Assembly (NCBI GenBank): GCA_945876565.1
Contig: CAMCOS010000010.1
Span: 1,244-65,243, forward strand
DNA length: 64,000 nt
DNA from: Lautropia mirabilis
GTDB lineage: Bacteria; Pseudomonadota; Gammaproteobacteria; Burkholderiales; Burkholderiaceae_B
Direction: 5' to 3'
Below, one piece after another: positions 57,993 through 64,000 of this stretch. Position numbers and translations under genes: made by a program. Position 1 is the first letter of the stretch; each line of letters begins with the position of its first letter. The notes below the pieces were generated by a model. The model was given only the letters and a program-made list of their open reading frames with translations. It was not told the origin of the DNA and did not search any database.

Positions 57993-58931
57993 TCAAACCA
58001 ATCCGGATTTTTTCAGGGCGATCTGCGCCTTGGTCTCGTCCGTTTGCGCTCGCAATTGCTGCAATTGTGCAGCCGACGTCCTGTCCGGATTACAGTAATC
58101 AAGCTTCCAGTGCGGATCATCAGACCAGCGCTGCAGTGACTGCACTGTTGTACGGCCAGCGCGTGCCCAAGCCAGGACATCCAAGGCTAGTCTCAATGTA
58201 TCTCGCTGTGAATCCATGTCATGTGGCTTGCCCGCCGCATTGCCAAGCGGGAAATCACTGAACAAAAACCGCGGCACACCACAGTGTTCAACCACATCCT
58301 TGGCACAACCCATGATCACGGTTGATATCCCGTTGGCTTCCAGATACCTGGCCACTAGGCTCAAGGTCTGATGACAGACCGGACAATTGGCCACCAAGAC
58401 CATGGCATCCACGCCGTCTTCACGGCAGCGCTTCAAAATCTCAGGACAATCGACAGTCAAGGTATGACGCTGGCTGCGATTGGTCGGCGCACCATGAAAC
58501 CGAGGTGCCAGCGCACCGATCATGCCTTGATCGGCAAACGTCCTTAGTAACGGCAATGGAAACCAACTACCTGAATCGGTCATGTCAGTGTGCTGCCGGT
58601 CAATAGCCACATGCGCAATGCGAACGTCGTGATCCAAGGTGGCATCGCCGGAATAGACCTCGTAGAATTTGGCGCGCGCATTGTACTCGGCGCCCGGGCC
58701 CTGATCGCCTTTGTCCGGATCAAAAGGGGCAGCCGTGGTGATAAGCCCAACCACTGCCTCTGGCAAAGGCTTGCCTAGTGGGGCAAATGGCACATCGATG
58801 TAATGCGCCCAACGGTAAGGGTTGTCATAACCAAGCGCCAAGTACCATTGACGAGTTCGTTGCATGTAGGCAACCGGCACATCGAACTCATCAGCGAACT
58901 GAAGTTCAGATACGCCATTGAACTTGCTCAT
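57993..58931 (-). CDS. Glycine/sarcosine/D-proline reductase selenoprotein-B (GrdB/PrdB) family homologue, Cys form
   Basis: PLGKPLPEAVVGLITTAA, DGVDAMVLVANCPVCHQTLSLVARYLEANGISTV and VPRFLFSDFPLGN. Both Cys of CPVC are TGT codons (58385-58374). Confidence 0.8.
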   Translation of the reverse strand: MSKFNGVSELQFADEFDVPVAYMQRTRQWYLALGYDNPYRWAHYIDVPFAPLGKPLPEAVVGLITTAAPFDPDKGDQGPGAEYNARAKFYEVYSGDATLDHDVRIAHVAIDRQHTDMTDSGSWFPLPLLRTFADQGMIGALAPRFHGAPTNRSQRHTLTVDCPEILKRCREDGVDAMVLVANCPVCHQTLSLVARYLEANGISTVIMGCAKDVVEHCGVPRFLFSDFPLGNAAGKPHDMDSQRDTLRLALDVLAWARAGRTTVQSLQRWSDDPHWKLDYCNPDRTSAAQLQQLRAQTDETKAQIALKKSGLV

Positions 58932-59491
58932 GCCATCACAGGCGCACTGTAGCCCGACACAAACGACTTCGCCATGCCGCCTGACTCAGCAAACACATGA
59001 CGGTGAATCTTGCCGATGTTACCGCCATAGGCATGAATACTGATGGAGACGCGATCATCAAAGGCATTGCTAACCCGATGAACATCACCGATGGATGGTG
59101 CTGTAAACCCAATACTACCTGCCTCGAGGCGCTCTAGCTCACCAGTGGGTGTGGGTGGCGAATCGCCATCAATGTTATACGCCTGAGAAATCTCCGCACC
59201 ACGCAACATGCCGATCACACCCCAGACCGTGTGGTCGTGAATCGGCGTGGATTGACCCGGCCCCCAGACAAAACTCACCACCGAGAAACGGTCGTTGGGA
59301 TCGGCATATAGGCAATACTGCTGATAAAACTGCGGATGCGGCACCGCCATGCTTTGCGGCAACCAGTCATCTTTGGCCACCAACTCGCGCATGGCATCAC
59401 CAAGCTCAGGCCAAAAATCCGGCCGCGCCTCGCCACCACCCTCAACCAGCCGATCAAGACTGGCAATAAAACGATCTAATGCTTCTGGCAT
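58928..59491 (-). CDS. mdo: Gln-type thiol dioxygenase (3-mercaptopropionate dioxygenase / CDO family)
   Basis: DDWLP, YQQY, FSVVSFVWGPGQSTPIHDH (His-x-His), DVHRVSN (third His) and SISIHAYG (Ser-His-Tyr triad). Confidence 0.88.
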   Translation of the reverse strand: MPEALDRFIASLDRLVEGGGEARPDFWPELGDAMRELVAKDDWLPQSMAVPHPQFYQQYCLYADPNDRFSVVSFVWGPGQSTPIHDHTVWGVIGMLRGAEISQAYNIDGDSPPTPTGELERLEAGSIGFTAPSIGDVHRVSNAFDDRVSISIHAYGGNIGKIHRHVFAESGGMAKSFVSGYSAPVMA

Positions 59492-59581
59492 CGACCCGCC
59501 CCCCTTACTCGTTTAACCGAATGTCCAACCATGGTTGGTTCTCCCCCGCTTGTCTTGGCTCTCACCTGCCTATCGTTTACC

Positions 59582-60313
59582 TTAATCCCCGGCGCGGTAC
59601 TTCGCAATCCGTTCGTTCAAGCCGGGACTCACCACCGACCTCACCAGATCAGCCAAATCAGCGTCATCGGTGTCCTCGCTTAAGACCTGATAAAGCAGAC
59701 GCCTAGCCTCAGGCGACAATGTGATCGCAGCCTCGTGCTGTTGTTGCACCACTGCCTGCCAGCGTCCCGTATCGACTAACTCGGACACCAGACCTGAGGC
59801 CAAGGCATCTGGCGCGGACAACGTCTGTGCCACCTGCTGTATCTGGCGGGCTCGCTCCCGCCCCACGAGCTGTGCAAGCCGCCTCGTACCCAGCACCAAA
59901 CCGAACTTTAAGCCCGGCATCCGAAACGTCGCATCAGCCGCAGCCACCCGATGCTTGCAGACAGCCATGAGATCCACCCCTGCACCAAAATTCTTGCCAT
60001 GCACCAGTGCCACGGTCAATGCTGGCAGGGCATGCAAGCGCTGCAGCATCTGTTCAATGCGCACAAAGCGCCACAACAGATCTCCTTCACTTGACTGCTC
60101 AATGTCACCAAAGTCAAAACCTGCACAGAAGTTTTTACCCTCACCACGCAGCACCAGTAGGTCGGCCTGCTCAACGCGGGCTTGATCAATCACTTCAATA
60201 AGTGACTCCACCAATTCAGCGTCAAGTGCGTTACGTTTGTCTGGCCGATTCAACGTCAAGGTCCAAACCTTTGATGCTTTGTCGACTTTGTCGACGATTA
60301 AGCTTGTGCTCAT
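59582..60313 (-). CDS. Crotonase (enoyl-CoA hydratase/isomerase) superfamily protein, non-canonical active site
   Basis: LTLNRPDKRNAL, FCAGFD, FGAGVDL and FRMPGLKFG; ATGA overlap with the CoA transferase gene. Confidence 0.9.
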   Translation of the reverse strand: MSTSLIVDKVDKASKVWTLTLNRPDKRNALDAELVESLIEVIDQARVEQADLLVLRGEGKNFCAGFDFGDIEQSSEGDLLWRFVRIEQMLQRLHALPALTVALVHGKNFGAGVDLMAVCKHRVAAADATFRMPGLKFGLVLGTRRLAQLVGRERARQIQQVAQTLSAPDALASGLVSELVDTGRWQAVVQQQHEAAITLSPEARRLLYQVLSEDTDDADLADLVRSVVSPGLNERIAKYRAGD

Positions 60314-61464
60314 CGCCACTGCTCGAAGACCTCATCGTTATGCGCCCCAAGGGCAGGCGGAGCCCGCCTGATCGGCATAGCCTGACCATCAAATTGAACG
60401 GGCGAGGCAAATGTCTGTGTGCGTACCCCGTTGGGCAAGGTAATGTCTTGCACCCACTGCATGTGCTTGACCTGCTCATCGGCCAATACCTGCGAGTAGG
60501 TATTAATCGGTGCACATGGCACACCGGCACTGCGAAACCGCTCAAGCCATGTATCGGTGTCAGATTCTGCAAAGATGGCTTGCAACATGTCACGCAACAC
60601 AACTTGATGCTGCGCTCGAAGCGTGGGGCTCAAAAACCTGGGGTCTTCTGTCCAGCCGGGCTGGCCAACCACCTTGCAGACTGACGCCCACAAGGCATTA
60701 TTGCCCGCGGCCATGCCAAAGTAACCGTCACGGCACTTGAATGCCTGATAAGGCGCATTACGAGGATGCGCCGAACCTAACTTGACCGGATCTTTACCGG
60801 TACCAAAATACTCAGACGTCTGCAAGGCCGCAATGCCTAATGTGGCACCCAGCATCGGCACATCGATGTGGGTACCTTGGCCGGATGCTTGCGCCAACCG
60901 TAACGCACACACCACTGAAAAAGCGGCATAAAGACCCGCAGAAAAATCGGCCAACGGCACACCGCACTTTACCGGATCCCCACCCGCTTGCCCAGTCACA
61001 CTCATGATGCCACTCATGGCTTGCACCGTCAGATCAAAGCCGCCTTCAGCCGCACGCGGGCCGGTCTGTCCATAGGCCGAGATCGAGGCCATGACCAATG
61101 TCGGGTTCAGGGACTTCAGTGTGCTGTAGTCTATGCCAAGCCGACCCATGACGCCTGGCCGATTGTTTTCGATCAGCACATCAGCCGTTTTGACCAGCAA
61201 CTTGAACCGTGCAAGGTCATCCGGATTTTTAAGATCAAGCGCAACCGAACGCTTGTTACGATTAAGCGCTGCGAAGTTTTCGCTATAGCCATCAGAGATC
61301 GGTGGCCAGCTGCGCATAGTGTCGCCCCCACTCGGATTCTCTACCTTCACGAGATCTGCACCCATGTCAGCCAGCAGCATCCCGCAAAATGGCCCAGCCG
61401 CAACGTTACAAAGTTCAATGACTCTCACGCCGTCAAGCGGTAATGGATGGGATAGAGGCTGCAA
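60310..61464 (-). CDS. Family III CoA transferase (CaiB/BaiF)
   Basis: LDGVRV, AGPFCGMLLADMGAD, NRNKRS, ENNRPG, ISAYGQTGP and GVPLADFSAG (catalytic Asp). TTG start behind GAGGAG. Confidence 0.95.
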   Translation of the reverse strand: MQPLSHPLPLDGVRVIELCNVAAGPFCGMLLADMGADLVKVENPSGGDTMRSWPPISDGYSENFAALNRNKRSVALDLKNPDDLARFKLLVKTADVLIENNRPGVMGRLGIDYSTLKSLNPTLVMASISAYGQTGPRAAEGGFDLTVQAMSGIMSVTGQAGGDPVKCGVPLADFSAGLYAAFSVVCALRLAQASGQGTHIDVPMLGATLGIAALQTSEYFGTGKDPVKLGSAHPRNAPYQAFKCRDGYFGMAAGNNALWASVCKVVGQPGWTEDPRFLSPTLRAQHQVVLRDMLQAIFAESDTDTWLERFRSAGVPCAPINTYSQVLADEQVKHMQWVQDITLPNGVRTQTFASPVQFDGQAMPIRRAPPALGAHNDEVFEQWR

Positions 61465-61567
61465 AGTTTTTCTCCTCAAAATCTCATGAAACACACAGGC
61501 AAGCCAATATTATCCTAGTGGCCGGCCTAATAGAACCACCGGATTTAAGTTGTCGTTCGCCACACCC

Positions 61568-62470
61568 ATGACTGCGCAATCACTGTCGATCGTTGACGTC
61601 GCACTGCTTTCATTTGTCAGTCTGGTCTGGGGAATTACCTTTCCGGTCATGAAGCTTGGTCTGCAGAGCTACCCACCGATTACGTTTCGTGCGCTCTCTA
61701 TCATCATCGGTATCGCAGCCGTAGGCCTGTTTTTGCTCATGCGCGGTCAGTCGCTCAAGATTGCACCTGCTGAACTGAAAAAACTCTTTGCCATTAGCCA
61801 GATCAACCTGACCGCTTGGCAAATGGGTTTGCTGTATGGTGTCATTCTGATGGGGGCTAGCCGCGCAGCGATTCTCGGCTACACCATGCCAGTCTGGGCA
61901 TTTGTGGCGAGCGTGTTGATGTACAAAGCACCTGTAAACGAACGTGGCCCGATTGGCGTCACCCTTGCCATGCTGGCAGTCGGTGCGCTGACCTTAAATG
62001 ACTTTTCACAGTTTCTTGCTGCGCCAACTGGTTTGGTTATCCTGGTCGCCGCTGCCATGTGCTGGGGCGCAGGAACGACCATGATTCGCCATACACCCCT
62101 ATCAATCACCAACGAGTCCATGGCATTTTGGGGATTGATTTGGACCTTGCCTGCGTACGTCATTCTGACCTACTGGTTCGAGAGCCACTTGTGGCGCTGG
62201 CCCAACTTTGCTGAGACCCGGACTATGTTGTACGGCGGTCTGGTGACTTTCTCGTTTTGTTACGTGTTCTGGTACCGGCTCTCCAGAAAACTGCCGCCCG
62301 TGGTCAGTAACCTATCGGTCATGCTGGCACCCGTGATCGGCGTTATTAGCAGCGCAATCAGCCTAGTTGAGCACGTCTGAGCCTCGGGCTGGCTTGCACT
62401 TGCATTGATCATCGCGGCCATGGCCGTGGTTCTGCTACCAGCACAAGTCTTTAAGCTCAGACAACGCTAA
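61568..62470 (+). pseudogene. EamA/DMT transporter with a premature TGA before the last TM helix
   Basis: WGITFP...YTMPVW...PVIGVISSAISLVEHV*ASGWLALALIIAAMAVVLLP...*. TGA at 62378-62380; the frame continues to TAA at 62468-62470. Confidence 0.75.
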
Positions 62471-62487
62471 ACCGGAGTGTCTGGGCC

Positions 62488-62775
62488 TTAAGCGCCATCA
62501 ACAATCATCATGTTGAAGTCCGCAGCACCTAAACGCTCTTTCTTGCCGGCTTGATACTCCACCGAGTTGTAAAAATCCCGCGCACGATCGCGCGATTCGA
62601 ATTCGAGCACCACCACGCGTGACCATGGAAATCCACCCTCCATGATTTCTGTGGCGCCGCCACGCACCAGATACTTGCCACCGTACTTGCTGCAAGCTGC
62701 ACTGGCGTGGGCCATGTAGTTTTTGTATTTATCATCATCGGTCACATTGACCATGGCAATCACATACGCATTCAC
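62488..62775 (-). CDS. DUF1330 family protein
   Basis: YGGKYLVRGG, EG...RVVVLEFES, FYNSVEYQ. Confidence 0.92.
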   Translation of the reverse strand: MNAYVIAMVNVTDDDKYKNYMAHASAACSKYGGKYLVRGGATEIMEGGFPWSRVVVLEFESRDRARDFYNSVEYQAGKKERLGAADFNMMIVDGA

Positions 62776-62837
62776 TTTTTCTCTCCCAGATTTTCAGACA
62801 ACTCTCTAACCAATCGCTTCTTTTCTGACCAATCAAT

Positions 62838-63698
62838 TCATTTGCTGCGCGTGACCAGCCAAACCCCCATGACCGTCACAATCGTGCCAAGCGCCACCCA
62901 CAGCGACAAGCGTTCATCAAACAACATCCAGGCCATGACAGACACCGTCGGTGGCGTCAAATAGATGAGGCTACTGACGCGAGTGGCTGCGCCTTGACGC
63001 AGCAACACGATCCACAGACTCATGGCACCAATTGACAAGAACAACACGCTCCAGAGCAGCGCACCGATTAGCTCTGCAGTCCACTGTACAGTCATGGGTT
63101 CAAAAGCCATCATCAAGCAAGCTGTCACCACCGCGCTGGCAGCATACTGAATCATGGTGCCAGCCCGCAGGTCAAACATGGGACAAAACCTTTTCTGATA
63201 GATGGTGCCAGCGGTAAACGAAACCAGGGCAATAAAACACAGCACCACGCCCCAAACTGATACGCCTGCAAACTCGAGCTTATCAGCCAGCACAATCGCG
63301 ACACCGCTAAAGCCAAAAATCAAACCTGCCCACTGACGTGCGCTGACCTTCTCGGCCAAACGTGCCGCCAAGAATGCCGTTAAAACTGGCTGCAAGCCCA
63401 CGATCAGTGCGGTTGGTCCCGCTGGCATGCCAAGTTTGATGGCCGTCCATACGCCGCCCAAATAGCCAACGTGCATCAACAGCCCAGCAACCGCAATGTG
63501 TAACGCGCTCCTGGCATTGGGCCACGTTGGCCGCCACCACAAACTTAAGGGCACCATAACGGCAAGAACGCCCACAAAACGCATGGTCAGAAATGTCATG
63601 GGGTCGGTGTACGGCATGCCGTACTTAGCCACAATAAACCCCGTACTCCACACCAAAACGAACAGCGGACCTGACCACGCAATTGATAAAGTTGGCAC
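62838..63698 (-). CDS. EamA/DMT family transporter
   Basis: WSTGFIVAK, YLGGV, IVGLQPVLT, GTIYQKR and SLIYLTPP. Confidence 0.93.
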   Translation of the reverse strand: MPTLSIAWSGPLFVLVWSTGFIVAKYGMPYTDPMTFLTMRFVGVLAVMVPLSLWWRPTWPNARSALHIAVAGLLMHVGYLGGVWTAIKLGMPAGPTALIVGLQPVLTAFLAARLAEKVSARQWAGLIFGFSGVAIVLADKLEFAGVSVWGVVLCFIALVSFTAGTIYQKRFCPMFDLRAGTMIQYAASAVVTACLMMAFEPMTVQWTAELIGALLWSVLFLSIGAMSLWIVLLRQGAATRVSSLIYLTPPTVSVMAWMLFDERLSLWVALGTIVTVMGVWLVTRSK

Positions 63699-63712
63699 CA
63701 GCGAAACCTTGT

Positions 63713-63779
63713 ATTGAGAATAGATCTCAATCTTATTGAGTTATTGTTTTTCTATCCGTAATTGAAATCGATTCTCACT
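63713..63779. promoter_or_regulatory. Two Fur-box-like sites
   Basis: ATTGAGAATAGATCTCAAT (63713-63731, 7-5-7 inverted repeat) and ATTGAAATCGATTCTCACT (63761-63779) resemble AATGAGAATCATTCTCATT. Confidence 0.5.
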
Positions 63780-63780
63780 C

Positions 63781-63796
63781 ATTGCACAAGTGCAAT
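63781..63796. promoter_or_regulatory. Perfect 7-2-7 inverted repeat (possible operator)
   Basis: ATTGCAC-AA-GTGCAAT. Confidence 0.45.
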
Positions 63797-63942
63797 TTTT
63801 TTTGATGAATGTCAAGAAATTATGGTTGGATACACAGTCGATTCATGACTTTCTTAACTAAGTTTCCGTACAATGATGCTTGAAAGTTAGTCTTGAATTT
63901 TTGTGGCCAGTTTAGTTTGTCGCTTTACATGAGGAAAGCAAA

Positions 63943-64000
63943 ATGAAATCTACCCGTCGTCAGTTTATGGCTGTGTCTGCTGTTAGCGTTGCTACTTTGG
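63943..64000 (+). CDS. Tat-exported protein, N-terminus only (possibly HiPIP)
   Basis: GAGGA RBS, then MKSTRRQFMAVSAVSVATL (twin-arginine RRxF); runs off the window end. Confidence 0.6.
   Translation, partial: MKSTRRQFMAVSAVSVATL

Noticed and set aside
59525-59538. 14-bp palindrome CCAACCATGGTTGG between the crotonase and mdo genes
   Set aside because: No U-tract, no second copy noticed and no regulator nearby; kept only as a possible operator or processing site, too weak to call.
3015-61494. Long N-terminal extensions in the ORF track (LysR 3015, efp 6262, SBP 13970, soxD 23371, lrgA 47667, dctP 57980, CoA transferase 61494)
   Set aside because: Downstream starts have better RBSs, restore family N-termini and avoid large overlaps.
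57993-62380. Selenocysteine read-through (GrdB-like gene; TGA in EamA or OCD)
   Set aside because: The GrdB-like active site is encoded by TGT. The in-frame TGAs elsewhere fall in a TM linker and an already broken gene, not in redox motifs, and no SECIS-like hairpin was recognised.
1-64000. Numerous 60-200 aa ORFs antisense to or overlapping the called genes (e.g. 16982..17593, 18814..19278, 21631..22131)
   Set aside because: They lie wholly within well-supported genes on another frame or strand, lack recognisable motifs and RBSs, and are expected shadows in GC-rich coding DNA.
1-64000. IS elements, integrases, prophage, rRNA/tRNA or riboswitches
   Set aside because: No transposase or integrase motifs, terminal inverted repeats, cloverleaf or rRNA-like stretch was recognised by eye; a covariance-model scan (Infernal/tRNAscan) would be needed to exclude small RNAs.

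Overview
Chromosomal segment of a Burkholderiales betaproteobacterium. The DUF2863-earP-efp-DUF1178 synteny and the Sox gene order point to an Alcaligenaceae-like host (inference). No rRNA, tRNA, CRISPR array or transposase was recognised. Left part: acnA (5'-truncated by the window), a yeiH/LysR pair, DUF2863-earP-efp(R32), and a nuclease plus peptide-type ABC operon. Centre: a complete thiosulfate/sulfide oxidation region (soxCDYZAXB, dsrE-like, soxH-like, tlpA, fccAB) and cydABDC; fccAB and cydABDC are each preceded by an FNR-type box. Right part: TAXI-TRAP, pqiABC, lrgAB, SRAP, several dehydrogenases and atm1. The best candidate for an undescribed system is a co-oriented minus-strand cluster at 56892-61464. 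It encodes a family III CoA transferase, a crotonase lacking the canonical Glu pair, a Gln-type thiol (3-mercaptopropionate) dioxygenase, a Cys-only GrdB/PrdB-family protein and an orphan DctP, and looks like a variant organosulfur (thioether/disulfide/thiol) catabolic pathway. Four genes not fully visible in the ORF track are broken by in-frame stops: dsrE-like, an nrdJ remnant, an ornithine-cyclodeaminase-like remnant and an EamA transporter. All family assignments are from motif recognition by eye; no database search was run.
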